The notes beneath the pieces were generated by a model. The model did not search any database. It worked only from the letters and a program-made list of their open reading frames with translations, and was not told where the DNA came from. The position numbers were made by a program, and so were the translations under genes. A stretch of DNA of 248,000 nt from Hyalangium minutum. GTDB taxonomy: Bacteria; Myxococcota; Myxococcia; Myxococcales; Myxococcaceae. Positions 156,456 to 166,903 of the stretch are shown here, piece after piece (within the stretch, counting starts at the first letter, position 1; every line of letters begins with the position of its first letter). The stretch is from the NCBI RefSeq assembly GCF_000737315.1, contig NZ_JMCB01000002.1:20001-268000 (forward strand), written 5' to 3'.

Positions 156456-156995
156456 CTACCTTTCCTCTGACTGCTCGATGAGGGCGCGCACGCGTTCGGC
156501 GAGCGCCCGGGTCTTCTCGTCTGCGGTGTCCGCGAGGTGCAGCTCCAGCCCCGGCGCCAGCTCCCACCGCCGGTAGCCTGTCACGGGCAACTGTCGCCCT
156601 GCTTGCACGGGCCCCGGCGTGGACACTCCGGAGGCCGGGGAGGGTTCCGACAGTGCCGTCGGAGCCGGTGGCAAGATGTCAGTGGGCACCTGGGCCTCGG
156701 ACAGCGCCTTCAGCTCCTCCGGGCTCAGCCGGGTCAGCTCCACCTGAATGGCATCGAGCGGCAGGAAGCGGGCCTGCAGCACGCGGATGGCCTTGAGCCG
156801 CTGCAGGTGCTCCTCGCCGTACACGGTGTCCGGCCCCTTGAAGGGCGGAGCGGGGAGCAGCCCTCGCTGGACGTAGTAGCGCACCGTGCGGGGGGAGACC
156901 CCTGCCTCGGCGGCCAGCTCGGCCAGCTTCCACTCGGTCTGTGTCTTCGTCGGGCTCACGAGACAGACAGTAAGACCCGACAGTTTAACTGTCAA
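156456..156995 (-). CDS. MerR-like HTH protein
   Basis: RTVRYYVQRGLL. Confidence 0.8.
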   Translation of the reverse strand: MTVKLSGLTVCLVSPTKTQTEWKLAELAAEAGVSPRTVRYYVQRGLLPAPPFKGPDTVYGEEHLQRLKAIRVLQARFLPLDAIQVELTRLSPEELKALSEAQVPTDILPPAPTALSEPSPASGVSTPGPVQAGRQLPVTGYRRWELAPGLELHLADTADEKTRALAERVRALIEQSEER

Positions 156996-157056
156996 GAAGA
157001 CAGTTGGTGGAATCTTGCCACTGGCGAGAAGGCCTCCCGGCGAGCCTCCCTCGGCC

Positions 157057-157803
157057 TCACCGCCCCATTCCTAGCGAGCGCAGCAAATCCAGGGGGATGG
157101 GGATGACGGTCTGGTTGCCGCTGTTGCTGATCTCCACCAGCGTCTGCAGGTAGCGGAGCTGGAGCGAGGAGGGGTTTCGAGAGAGCACATCGGCGGCCTG
157201 GGCGAGGCGCTCGGCAGCCTGGTGCTCGCCCTCGGCGGCGATGACCTTGGCGCGGCGCTCGCGCTCGGCCTCGGCCTGGCGGGCGATGGCGCGCTGCATC
157301 TCCACCGGCAGGTCCACGTTCTTCACCTCCACGTTGGAGACCTTGATGCCCCACGGGCCCGTGTGCGCGTCGAGCACCTGCTGGATCTCCTTGTTGACGC
157401 GGTCGCGCTGGGAGAGCAGGTCGTCCAGCTCCACCTGCCCGAGGATGGCGCGCAGCGTGGTCTGCGCCAGCTGGCTGGTGGCGTAGAGGTAGTCCTCCAC
157501 CTGGAGCACGGCCTTGTCGGCCTGGATGACGCGGAAGTAGACGACGGCGCTCACCTTCACGCTGACGTTGTCCTTGGTGATGACGTCCTGGGGGGGCACG
157601 TCCCGTGCCACGGTGCGCAGATCGATGATGACCATGCGCTCCACGAAGGGGATGAGCCAGCGGAAGCCGGCGCGCTTGAGCCCCACATAGCGGCCGAGCC
157701 GGAAGACGACTCCGTTCTGGTACTCGGTGACGATGCGGACGCCGGAGATGAAGAGGAAGAAGAGGAAGACCACGGGAATCAACAGGCCAAGGAGCTCGCT
157801 CAT
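157057..157803 (-). CDS. slipin/SPFH (stomatin-like) protein
   Basis: [23 protein letters not shown]. Confidence 0.92.
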   Translation of the reverse strand: MSELLGLLIPVVFLFFLFISGVRIVTEYQNGVVFRLGRYVGLKRAGFRWLIPFVERMVIIDLRTVARDVPPQDVITKDNVSVKVSAVVYFRVIQADKAVLQVEDYLYATSQLAQTTLRAILGQVELDDLLSQRDRVNKEIQQVLDAHTGPWGIKVSNVEVKNVDLPVEMQRAIARQAEAERERRAKVIAAEGEHQAAERLAQAADVLSRNPSSLQLRYLQTLVEISNSGNQTVIPIPLDLLRSLGMGR

Positions 157804-159152
157804 GTCTTCACCTCGTCGACGTACAGGGTGAGGCCCTCCACGCGGCGCACCACCACGGGGGTTCCGGCTTGGATGGGAGAGGCGGAGACGGCCCGCCAGC
157901 GCTCGCCGTGGACGAACACCTCGCCCCCCTCGGAGGAGACGGGCCCGAGCGTGGTGCCGCGTTCCCCTGGCAGCCCCGCGTCTCCGGCAAGCTGCGGCAG
158001 ATGGCGGGTCTGCGCGCTGCGGAAGGCGAGGAACACGGCGAAGCCGGCGACCACGATGGCCGTGGGGAGCACCAACGGCAGGGGCACGGACGCGCGCGAG
158101 GAAGGGTCGACGAACCATTCCGGGTCGAAGCGATCCACCAGCAGCACGCCTCCGAGGATGAGCAGCAGCGCCCCGCCAGCGCCGAGCAGGCCGCTGGTGA
158201 CGAAGATCTCCGCGATGAGCATGCCGATGCCCAGGAAGAGGAGCAGGACGGCGCCGGTGCGCACGGGCAAGGCCGAGGAGGCCAGCAGGGCGAGCACGAA
158301 GGCCACGATGCTGATGAGGCCCGGGGCGAAGACGCCCGGATGGGTCAGCTCCACCATGAGCCCGAGCGCGGCCACGAGGAAGAGCATGTAGACGATGGCG
158401 GGCTCCGCGAGCCCATGGAGCAGGCGCTGGGAGAGACTCGGCGAGAGCTCCACCACCTGGGCCTCGCGCGTGGCGAGCTGCCGAGGCCCATCCGCTGTCT
158501 CGACGCGCCGGCCATCCGCCCATGCGAGGAACGCCTCCTCCGAGGAGGCCACCGTCTCCACGACGTGCAGCTCCACGGCGCGGTCGGCGGGGACGCTGAC
158601 GCTCTCACGCACGGCGGTGGCGGCCCACTCGGCGTTGCGGCCGCGCTGGCGGGCGATGCTCTCGGCGAAGGCGGCGGTGTCGTTCTCGATCTTCCGGGCC
158701 ATGGCCTCGCCCGCCTGTTGGGGATCTTCCCCGGTCAGTCCGAGGACGGGGTGCGCCGCGCCAATGTTCGTTCCCGGCGCCATGGCGGCCAGGTGCGATG
158801 CGAGGGTGACGAAGACGCCCGCGCTCCCCGCCCGGGCGCCCGAGGGCCCCACCCAGACCAGCACCGGCACGCGCGAGGCGAGGAAGGCCCGGACGATGGC
158901 GCGGGTGGACTCCAAGGAGCCGCCGGGCGTGTCCACCCGGACGAGCAACGCGGCATGGCCCGCCTCCTCCGCCTTTCGGACGCACTCGGTCAGATAGGCG
159001 CCCGAGCCGGCATCCACGATGCCTTCGAGCACACAGCGGGACACGATGGGCCTGTCACGAGGGGACTCGGCGAGGACGCCGCTCGCCAGCATCAGCCCGA
159101 GCAGCGGGAGGACACGGGCCCTCCGCCAGGCCATGCGAGTCCCGGAGTTCAT
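157800..159152 (-). CDS. NfeD family membrane serine protease
   Basis: DTPGG, SAG, GAAHP. Confidence 0.9.
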   Translation of the reverse strand: MNSGTRMAWRRARVLPLLGLMLASGVLAESPRDRPIVSRCVLEGIVDAGSGAYLTECVRKAEEAGHAALLVRVDTPGGSLESTRAIVRAFLASRVPVLVWVGPSGARAGSAGVFVTLASHLAAMAPGTNIGAAHPVLGLTGEDPQQAGEAMARKIENDTAAFAESIARQRGRNAEWAATAVRESVSVPADRAVELHVVETVASSEEAFLAWADGRRVETADGPRQLATREAQVVELSPSLSQRLLHGLAEPAIVYMLFLVAALGLMVELTHPGVFAPGLISIVAFVLALLASSALPVRTGAVLLLFLGIGMLIAEIFVTSGLLGAGGALLLILGGVLLVDRFDPEWFVDPSSRASVPLPLVLPTAIVVAGFAVFLAFRSAQTRHLPQLAGDAGLPGERGTTLGPVSSEGGEVFVHGERWRAVSASPIQAGTPVVVRRVEGLTLYVDEVKT

Positions 159153-160441
159153 GCGGGAGCGCTCGGTTGGGAGGCGAGGGCCAGCCCTCGAGGCGCCAGG
159201 GGCCTGTCGTGGGCCAGTGCATCCATCATTCGCAGTTCGTCGAGCAGCAGCCGGGGGAAGAGGAAGTTCTGGCGGACGTGCTCCCGGCCCCGCTCGCCCA
159301 GACACTGGGCCTCTTGTGGGTGGCGCAGCAGGTGGAGCACGGCTTCGGCGCACTCCTCCACGTTGTCCACGAGGATGCCGCCCGTGCCCTCGGGCATCTG
159401 GATCGGGATGCCGCCGGCACGTCCGGCGACGACGGGGGTGCCCTTCCACAGTGCCTCGGACACGACGAGCCCGAAGCCCTCGCGGATGGACTTCTGGATG
159501 ACGACGTCCGAGAGCGACTGGAAGGCGTTGACCTCCATGTTTCCCACGCCCACCAGGTTGGTGAAGATGTGGATGCGATTGTCGCCTGTGGTGACGTCGC
159601 GGATCTGCCGGTAGATGTCCCAGCCTTCGGGATCATCCAGGGCGAGCGAGCCCACCATGGCCAGCTGCAGCTCAGGGATGTGGGCACGCACGCGCCGGTA
159701 TGCGGCGATGACGCCCAGGGGGTCCTTCCACGGATCGAAGCGGCTGATCTGGGTGACGAGAGGCCGGCTCAGACGCACGCCGAGCCACTCGAGCAACTGG
159801 CGCGCAAGGTCCACCGGGAGGGGGAGGTTCTTGGGGCTGAGCGGATCAATGGCCGGCGAGTGGATGGCCACGCGGCCGATGGGGAACCTCGGGGGGATGA
159901 ACTCGGGCAGGGTGAAGATGGCGGCGTCGTAGGGGTAGAGGAACGGGCGGAGGAACTCCCAGGCCTCGGGGTTGGGGCTGGAGGTGTCGATGTGACAGCG
160001 CCAGATCCATCGCGCGTCCTGGCGGTCGGCGAGCATGGCCAAGGCGGCCGGCTGCGGATCGTGGACGACGATGAAGTCATAGTCCGTGGACAGGTTGCGG
160101 GCGTTGAGCTGCGAGTGGGCGAGGTACGTGGCCTTGTCCGTCTCGGAGAAGCCGCCGGGGGCTCCCTGAAGACCGTTGTGGAGACGCTTGGTGACCTGAA
160201 AGAAGGCCTGGTCGCCCCGGATGAGCTGCCAGTCGGCCACCAGACCTAGATCATTGAGCAGCGCAACGCCCGAACGGAGGAGTTCCGAGACTCCGCCTCC
160301 GTACGGCGTGGCGTTGAGGTGCAGGACGCGGGCGCCGCGCAGGCGCTCGGCCAGATGGAGCACCTCCTCGATGTGCTCCTCGGGGGCAATGCCCCTGTAC
160401 GCGGAGAACGAGCGCTTCCCGAGATCGACGAGGTCCAGCAT
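159149..160441 (-). CDS. GT4 glycosyltransferase (TreT-like)
   Basis: GGGVSEL, HDPQP, REGFGL. Confidence 0.88.
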   Translation of the reverse strand: MLDLVDLGKRSFSAYRGIAPEEHIEEVLHLAERLRGARVLHLNATPYGGGVSELLRSGVALLNDLGLVADWQLIRGDQAFFQVTKRLHNGLQGAPGGFSETDKATYLAHSQLNARNLSTDYDFIVVHDPQPAALAMLADRQDARWIWRCHIDTSSPNPEAWEFLRPFLYPYDAAIFTLPEFIPPRFPIGRVAIHSPAIDPLSPKNLPLPVDLARQLLEWLGVRLSRPLVTQISRFDPWKDPLGVIAAYRRVRAHIPELQLAMVGSLALDDPEGWDIYRQIRDVTTGDNRIHIFTNLVGVGNMEVNAFQSLSDVVIQKSIREGFGLVVSEALWKGTPVVAGRAGGIPIQMPEGTGGILVDNVEECAEAVLHLLRHPQEAQCLGERGREHVRQNFLFPRLLLDELRMMDALAHDRPLAPRGLALASQPSAPA

Positions 160442-160635
160442 GGAGCCCTCCGGGACGAAGTTGGGTCTGGAGCCACCGCGCGACAGCCGGGCCGAAGGGC
160501 AAGCCCGGGGCGGGGGGCGCAGGGCGGGGGCTTGCCCGGCTGGGGGCCGCATCCGATGCCGAACGGATGCGCTCGCAGCGCATTGCCTGAAGTGAGGCCG
160601 GTTCCTAGCGTCCTCGGAGGCCCTTAGGAGGACTT

Positions 160636-160827
160636 ATGCGTCGTGCCGTACTCATCGCTGTCTCTTTGGCTGCTCTTTCCACTGCCTGCCGGACGACCCA
160701 GCCGCAGGGCGCGGACAACCAGGTGCCCATCGACAACCCAGGGCAGGAGTCCATCCAGACGGTCCCTGCGGAGCCCCCAGGCCCTGGCAGCCCCATCACT
160801 GCCCCGGTGGACGCTCCCAAAGGGTAG
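160636..160827 (+). CDS. small lipoprotein
   Basis: LSTAC lipobox. Confidence 0.55.
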   Translation: MRRAVLIAVSLAALSTACRTTQPQGADNQVPIDNPGQESIQTVPAEPPGPGSPITAPVDAPKG

Positions 160828-160854
160828 AAGCCACTGAGCCGAAGCAGCCGCGCG

Positions 160855-161748
160855 CTACTGGAAGATGTCCGAGCGGGCGGCCTCGGCGATGGCGACGACA
160901 GCGGGGTGACGCAGCCGGCGCTCGACGGTGATGGCGTAGAAGCAGTTCTCGATCTCGTCGGTGCGGCCGATGACGGTGACGTCGAACTGGCGGACGACCT
161001 CGGCCTCGATGACGGAGGGCATGGCGAAGACGCCGAGCCCGCGCTGACCGAAGGCCTTGAGGAGGGCGCTGTCGTCGAAGTCGCCGACGATGGTGGGGCG
161101 CACGCCCTTGCCATCGAACCAGACGTCGAGCGCGTGGCGGACGGCGCTGGCCTCGGAGGGCATGAGCATGGGGGCGCCGTGGAGGGAGCGGGGGAAGTCC
161201 TTCTTGAGGTGGCCGTGGATGGCCGCAGCGAAGAAGGACACCCCGCACTTGCCGAGCAGGTGGTTGAAGGCTCGGACACTGACGGGCTCTGAGCCGGGGG
161301 CATCGGCGAGCACGACGTCCAGCTCATGCAGGGCGAGCGAGGCGAGGAGCTGGGGGAGGGGGCCTTCGCGGCAGATGATGCGCAGGGGGCCGACGTCGAG
161401 GGCGGGCTGGAGGAGCCGCTCGGCGACGACCTTGGGGACGACGTCAGCGACGCCGACCTGAAGGCGGAGTTGCTGGCCGGAGGGGAGGCCGCTGACGACG
161501 TTCTTGAGCTCGTTGCCGAGGCGGAAAATCTCATCGGCGTAGCGCATGACGGTGCGGCCGACGTCAGTGAGGACGAGCTTGCGACCCTGTCGCTCGAAGA
161601 GCTTGTGGCCGAGCGCCTCCTCGAGGAGCTTGATCTGGCTGCTGATGGTGGGCTGGGCGAGGTGGAGTTCTTCGCCGGCCTTGGCGATGGTGCCGGCCCG
161701 GGCCACGGTCCAGAAGTAGAGCAGGTGGTGGTAATTGAGCCAGCTCAA
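160855..161748 (-). CDS. nhaR: LysR activator NhaR-like
   Basis: MSWLNYHHLLYFW, DDSALLKAFG. Confidence 0.85.
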   Translation of the reverse strand: MSWLNYHHLLYFWTVARAGTIAKAGEELHLAQPTISSQIKLLEEALGHKLFERQGRKLVLTDVGRTVMRYADEIFRLGNELKNVVSGLPSGQQLRLQVGVADVVPKVVAERLLQPALDVGPLRIICREGPLPQLLASLALHELDVVLADAPGSEPVSVRAFNHLLGKCGVSFFAAAIHGHLKKDFPRSLHGAPMLMPSEASAVRHALDVWFDGKGVRPTIVGDFDDSALLKAFGQRGLGVFAMPSVIEAEVVRQFDVTVIGRTDEIENCFYAITVERRLRHPAVVAIAEAARSDIFQ

Positions 161749-161976
161749 GCTTTCCTCAAGGGGTCGGGACGAACGTTCGATGCTCGGGTAGGTAAGGGGT
161801 TCCGTACTGGGGGTGACGTGGCGGGCTGGCCGAAGGGTGGGCGTACGAGGGTAGGAGGGGTGTAGGGTCTAGGCGAGTGGCCGGGCGGCCGGGCGTTAAA
161901 GGCAGGAAGGATCAGAACGCGCTTGACGTAGGAGAGGAGTCCCCGTAAATCGGCGCTGCTTTGCGCGGTGACACCC

Positions 161977-162049
161977 GCCCAGGTAGCTCAGTCGGTAGAG
162001 CAGGGGACTGAAAATCCCCGTGTCGGTGGTTCGATTCCGCCCCTGGGCA
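161977..162049 (+). tRNA. tRNA-Phe (GAA), CCA not encoded
   Basis: GCCCAGG/CCTGGGC acceptor stem, GGGGA-CTGAAAA-TCCCC anticodon arm, TTCGA T-loop. Confidence 0.97.
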
Positions 162050-162070
162050 CAAGAAGCTGAAGAAATTTCA

Positions 162071-162106
162071 GGGCCTTGAACTTCGGTTCAAGGCCCTTCT
162101 TTTTTG
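162071..162106 (+). terminator. terminator after tRNA-Phe
   Basis: gggccttgaa-cttcgg-ttcaaggccc followed by a T-tract. Confidence 0.85.
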
Positions 162107-162194
162107 CCCGCCGAGAGGAAGGCCTGTGCCGGCGTGGGGCTCCAGGGAACTGCTCTGCACCCGTCCACACCCTCCACAGGCCTCCCATCCTCGG

Positions 162195-162368
162195 CTAGTA
162201 GTTAGGCTCGCACAGCGAAGGCACGTTGATGCATTCGCAGCAGATATCCAACTCAGAGACCTCGGTCCCGAGGGTCGCCGACATCTCCAGGCGAGACTCC
162301 AGCTCGGTCAGCTGAAACTCCTCCATCAGCTCATCGGTTGCGACAGACACGGGCTTCTTTGCGGCCAT
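162195..162368 (-). CDS. putative RiPP precursor peptide, 57 aa (not in ORF track)
   Basis: GGAGG RBS; MAAKKPVSVATDELMEEFQLTELESRLEMSATLGTEVSELDICCECINVPSLCEPNY. Confidence 0.8.
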   Translation of the reverse strand: MAAKKPVSVATDELMEEFQLTELESRLEMSATLGTEVSELDICCECINVPSLCEPNY

Positions 162369-162400
162369 GGTGTTTCCTCCGGTGGTACGACAGTCAAGGT

Positions 162401-163561
162401 TCAGGGGCTCCCGGCGCTCGCCAGCGCGCCTACGTCGAGCAGCTTGCGGATCCGCGCATTCGACAAGTCCAGCGCGGCCCGTGCGGAAGGGCGCTCAACG
162501 GCTGCGCGGAACACGTCAGCTGCCTCCTGGTCGAGCATGAGGCAGCTGTGGCGGGCCTTGTCGAGCAGGACCGGCTGCTCCCCATACACCAGCAGCGCGA
162601 ACCGGCCGGTATCGGCGCGCAGCTCCGCGGCGCCCTCCTCGACCGTCCGCGCGGCGGGACGCACATCCGTGTTTCGCTGGAGATAGCGCTCGACGTAAAG
162701 CCAGCCTTCCCACTGCCCCAGCGCATCGGCCACGGACTGTTCCAGCAGGCGGTACAGCGCCTGGGTTGTGCTGGCGGCGTACTGCTCACGATCGTCTCCG
162801 GACGGGACAATCGGCGGATGAAAGGTCAGCGACAGGGAATGATCGGCGTCGCGCCGGCACACCACGGGCACCACGGGTACGCCTGAGAGGTGGCTCAGAT
162901 AGGCGATTCCAGCACGCGCCATGAGCTGCTGGCCGAAGAACTCCACGGGCACCATGCTGCCGTTGTCCTTGTTGTTACCGACTCCCGCGTTGCCGTCGAT
163001 GTAGAGGACGAGCGACGCGCCGCGCCTGAGGGCACGCAGGCCGAACAGGAGGCTGTTGCGGTCTTGGGCGTTGACCGTGCGGAGCGTGCCCGTCCAGCCC
163101 CGGGCCCGCGCGGCATCCTGCACCCCCTCGAGGATGTCCTGCCCCTGCTTGTTCAGCGTATTCCCAGCCAGGAACAACACGCAGTCGGTTCCGGCGCGCA
163201 TCAGGAAGTGGAACAAGTGCCGATACGAACCCGCGTGGTAGGTGCAGAAGATGTGGCTGCCCGCCGTCCGTCCGTCCAAGAAGATGCCAGCCAGATCACG
163301 CAGGCGCGTCGTCTGCACCAGGTCGTATTGCTTCTGGTCGAGCACCGCCATGCGCTGCTGGAAGATCACCTCCGCGATGACCGCCTCCCGGCGCTCGCGC
163401 GGCAGCCGCGGGAAGAAGTAACGCAGGTTGGCGTCGCACAGGTGGTAGGCATTGTTGAACGCATCGGACTGGCGCGGCGCACTGACGACACCGTCCAAGG
163501 CGCGGCGCAGCGCCACGATGAGCTCGTCTGCCTTGCGAGCATAGTGTGCGTCCACGCTCAT
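162401..163561 (-). CDS. LpxL/HtrB-like (LPLAT) acyltransferase with C-terminal RRE-like domain
   Basis: TYHAGSY, LYIDGN, VEFFGQQL..RAGIAYL...VPVVPV; ATG overlaps upstream stop. Confidence 0.75.
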   Translation of the reverse strand: MSVDAHYARKADELIVALRRALDGVVSAPRQSDAFNNAYHLCDANLRYFFPRLPRERREAVIAEVIFQQRMAVLDQKQYDLVQTTRLRDLAGIFLDGRTAGSHIFCTYHAGSYRHLFHFLMRAGTDCVLFLAGNTLNKQGQDILEGVQDAARARGWTGTLRTVNAQDRNSLLFGLRALRRGASLVLYIDGNAGVGNNKDNGSMVPVEFFGQQLMARAGIAYLSHLSGVPVVPVVCRRDADHSLSLTFHPPIVPSGDDREQYAASTTQALYRLLEQSVADALGQWEGWLYVERYLQRNTDVRPAARTVEEGAAELRADTGRFALLVYGEQPVLLDKARHSCLMLDQEAADVFRAAVERPSARAALDLSNARIRKLLDVGALASAGSP

Positions 163562-164862
163562 GCGGACATCCCCTGAGAGTTGGAGGCGGCACGTGCCGGG
163601 GGAGCGATGAGCGCCTGCCGCACGAGCCGCACGCCCCGTCCCAGCGTGGACAGAACCACCATCGCCGAGAACAGCATGCCGGCCAGGTACGCCAGCACCA
163701 TCACCACGCTCCCGGAGACAGCGACAAGCGCCTCGAGCGGCTCCGTGCTCGCAAACCGGGCCAGGACGGCGCCCAGCAGCTGCGGCAACGACGTCACAAG
163801 GACCCAGGTGGTGCGCGCGGCGAACACCGCGAAGGTGGCGAAGAACACAGTGGACGCCAGCGCATAGACGGCCAGCGCCACCCGGGAGCCCGCGAGGGGC
163901 GGCGGTCCCTTGTCCCGGCGTCCCATCACGAGGGAGGCCGCGCGTGTCAGCACGTTCGCGCCCCAGGCACGCGCCTGGTCGCGCAGGTTGGGCAGGCGGA
164001 ACAGGTCGGAGTAGACCCAATAGCCATCGAAACGGAAGAACGGATTGAGCGTCACGAAGAGTGTGGTCAAGCTGGCGCCCATGAAGGCGGCAATTGCAGC
164101 GCTCTGGGTTGCCAGTTGCACGGGCGCCGCCAGCGCCGTGACGATCAGCTGGAAATAGACCCCGCCGAGGTTGACACGCATCCGGCCTGCGCGCGGCAGC
164201 CGCCACGCCTCGGTGACATTGCAAAACAGCACGGGGAAGACCAGATACAGACCGATTCCAATTTCGGCGGGCTCGGCGCCGGAGTAGCGCGAGGCCGCCG
164301 CGTGCCCGAGCTCATGGAACGCGAGCGCGCTGAACAGCAGGACGTAGAACAGCAGGGCGTCGCCCAGCGTCATGTTGAAGGTGGTGACCGCTACGCGCAC
164401 GCTGCTGAGCTGGTAAGGCGTGGCCAGCAACCACCCGCCCAGCAGCACGGCGCACGCCAGCAGCGTCGTGATGAGCGCTCGCGGCGCGAACAGGAAGGTG
164501 AACGGGGAACAGGCGCGCGCCACGGTCTCAGGACCGGCCAACTGCCGCGCGAAGAACACGTAGGGAGAGTGGTTGCTGGCCGCTGGCGCGGCTTTCTTGT
164601 CGGTGGAGACTAACCCCGCGGGTATCAACTGGGTTTCAATGACCGAGCGCACCTGCTCGGCGGTGAACTTCACGTCGCCTTCATTCAAGCGCGCCACGAT
164701 CGCGTCGAGCGACGACTCGCGCTCCAGACACTCGAGCAGCCGCGCCAGCCTTTCGGAGCCATGAAAGGCGCGGCGCCCGACGAAAATGCAGTACCGGCGG
164801 CCGCTCTGCGGATCATCCGTCTTGGACAAAGACAGTGCGTCGGTCAGGTAGTATCGATCCAA
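163558..164862 (-). CDS. M50 (site-2, YydH-like) metallopeptidase with N-terminal RRE-like domain
   Basis: FHELGH, LNPFFRFDGY; probable TTG start. Confidence 0.8.
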   Translation of the reverse strand: MDRYYLTDALSLSKTDDPQSGRRYCIFVGRRAFHGSERLARLLECLERESSLDAIVARLNEGDVKFTAEQVRSVIETQLIPAGLVSTDKKAAPAASNHSPYVFFARQLAGPETVARACSPFTFLFAPRALITTLLACAVLLGGWLLATPYQLSSVRVAVTTFNMTLGDALLFYVLLFSALAFHELGHAAASRYSGAEPAEIGIGLYLVFPVLFCNVTEAWRLPRAGRMRVNLGGVYFQLIVTALAAPVQLATQSAAIAAFMGASLTTLFVTLNPFFRFDGYWVYSDLFRLPNLRDQARAWGANVLTRAASLVMGRRDKGPPPLAGSRVALAVYALASTVFFATFAVFAARTTWVLVTSLPQLLGAVLARFASTEPLEALVAVSGSVVMVLAYLAGMLFSAMVVLSTLGRGVRLVRQALIAPPARAASNSQGMSA

Positions 164863-165218
164863 GCGGGACTCTGGCTGAGAGGGTCTTGTTCCGACTATAT
164901 AGTAAAAGTTCAGAATAACGCGAATCCAGTTCTGTCGCGGATGGGCTGAGCGCGTAGCACCGCTCGCCGATGCGCCCGACCAGGAACTGCGCCGGCGGCT
165001 TCGCGCTCGTCGCCAGGACACGCCCCCCGCTAGCACCGACGTGCGCGTGCATGTGGAGCAGCCGCGTCGCCTTGGCCGCCACGCTCGCGCTGCAGCTGAC
165101 GTCTCCCTCAGGGCTTGGAGTCGATGACCGCGCCCGCCTGGGCTCCTTGCAGGTGGTGGCGCAGCGGGATCCGAGGTATTAGGTTGGATGTAAGAGACCC
165201 AACCTATTGGGGTAGATT

Positions 165219-165812
165219 ATGGACCTGAAGGCCGTCATCGCGCTCGAGCGGGCAGGCATGGACCCGGCTCACCCGGAGCGCCTGTGGGTGCCCACCGCGC
165301 TCGGCGAGCAGGGCCGGGTGGTGCCCCTGGACCAGGACCTGCCTGTCCCCGTCATGGACGACGGACACCGCGTGGTCTGGCTTCCTCTCGAGCCGTTCTC
165401 CCGGCTCTGGACGGGCTCGGCGGTGGCCCCGGCTCTCTCCCGCGCCTCCCCGCCCGAGTACGAGCCCTTCTTCATCCTCCTTGAGGCCACGGCCGCCGAG
165501 TACTGCGATGCCACCGGTCGTCCCGAGCGCGACAGGGAGTTCGAGCGCCTCTACCGGCAGCTGCGTCGTCGGCCGGACGGCGTGGATCCCAACCCCTTGT
165601 TTTCCTACCTGCGCGCCGCGGCCCGGCTCTACCTCTCCCTGCGGGATGTGAGCCGCGCCGAGTTCGAGTCTGTGGCCGACCGCCTGCGCCTCTCGGCCAG
165701 GACCTTCAGCACCCGGATCGACAGCACCAACTACCACCACTTCGTGCTCGAGGAGTTCTTCCACCCCACGGGACCGCTCCTCACCACGGGCTGGTCGGGA
165801 GGGCTCTCATGA
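165219..165812 (+). CDS. hypothetical protein
   Basis: ORF; overlaps next gene. Confidence 0.55.
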   Translation: MDLKAVIALERAGMDPAHPERLWVPTALGEQGRVVPLDQDLPVPVMDDGHRVVWLPLEPFSRLWTGSAVAPALSRASPPEYEPFFILLEATAAEYCDATGRPERDREFERLYRQLRRRPDGVDPNPLFSYLRAAARLYLSLRDVSRAEFESVADRLRLSARTFSTRIDSTNYHHFVLEEFFHPTGPLLTTGWSGGLS

Positions 165813-166882
165813 GCGAGTACCAGTATTACGAGTTCCGGGCCGTGGACCGGCCGCTCACCCAGCGGGAGCGGGCCGAGCTTCGTGCACTCTCTACCCGCGC
165901 CAACATCTCCGCGTACCACTTCTCCAACGTCTATCACTGGGGCAGTTTCAAGGGCTCCCCGGACGAGATGGTGGAGCGCTACTTCGATGCCCACCTCTAT
166001 GTGGCGAACTGGGGCGAGCGCCGGCTCGTGCTCCGTCTTCCTGCCCGGCGCTTCGACCTGCAGCGCGCCAGGCCCTACCAGGAAGGCCGCCGCACCGCGG
166101 TGCAGAGGAAGGGCGACCACGTCATGCTTCGCTTCGAGCTCGACGAAGCCTGGTCCGAGGACGTCCAGGGGGAAGGGTGGCTCACCTCCCTCCTGCCCCT
166201 TCGCGAGGAGCTTCTCTCGGGAGATCTGCGCTCGCTCTATCTCGGGTGGCTGGCACAGGCCGCGCTGGGGCAGTTGAGTGCGGACGACGAGGAGCCGCCC
166301 GTTCCCCCAGGGCTAGGCTCCCTCTCCTCAGCGCTCACCGCGCTCGCGGACTTCCTGCTCATCCCTCCCGAGCTGTTGGAGGTGGCCGCTCGGACCAGTG
166401 CCGCTGAAAAGCCGGTGCCGCGCGAGGAGTTGGAGACGTGGGTTCAGGCGCTACCCGCGCTGGAAAAGGATGCCCTGCTGGTGCGGTTGATCGACAAGGC
166501 CGGGGTGGCCCCTGGCCGAGTCGCGGAGAAGGCCATTCCTCCCCGGAGGCTGGTGGGCGCACTGCTCCGGGAAGCCGTAGCGCTCCAAAAAGCCAAGGAG
166601 CGGCGGGAACAGGAGCGCCAGGTCGCGGCTCGGGAGAAGGAACTCGAGGCGCTCGCGGCCCAGGGCTCCGCTGCTTGGGGGCGGGTGGATCAGCTCTTCT
166701 CCAGCCGTCGCCCCACGGATCATGCGGCCGGTGTGAGGCTCCTCGTGGACCTGAGAGAGGTCGCGCGCCGGAAGGGGACGGAGGACGCGTTCTCCCGCCG
166801 CTTGGGCCAGCTCCGCGAGCGCAATGCCCGAAGAGCCGGGCTGATCTCCCGCATGGACAAGGAAGGCCTGCACGCACCCTGA
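165809..166882 (+). CDS. conserved hypothetical protein
   Basis: MSEYQYYEFRAVDRPL, FDAHLYVANWG. Confidence 0.7.
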   Translation: MSEYQYYEFRAVDRPLTQRERAELRALSTRANISAYHFSNVYHWGSFKGSPDEMVERYFDAHLYVANWGERRLVLRLPARRFDLQRARPYQEGRRTAVQRKGDHVMLRFELDEAWSEDVQGEGWLTSLLPLREELLSGDLRSLYLGWLAQAALGQLSADDEEPPVPPGLGSLSSALTALADFLLIPPELLEVAARTSAAEKPVPREELETWVQALPALEKDALLVRLIDKAGVAPGRVAEKAIPPRRLVGALLREAVALQKAKERREQERQVAAREKELEALAAQGSAAWGRVDQLFSSRRPTDHAAGVRLLVDLREVARRKGTEDAFSRRLGQLRERNARRAGLISRMDKEGLHAP

Positions 166883-166903
166883 ACTCCCGCCTCGCCTGAA
166901 CGT

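Noticed and set aside
162126-162686. Plus-strand 186-aa ORF over the precursor region
   Set aside because: Antisense to the precursor and acyltransferase; the minus-strand ORF has the strong RBS and operon context.
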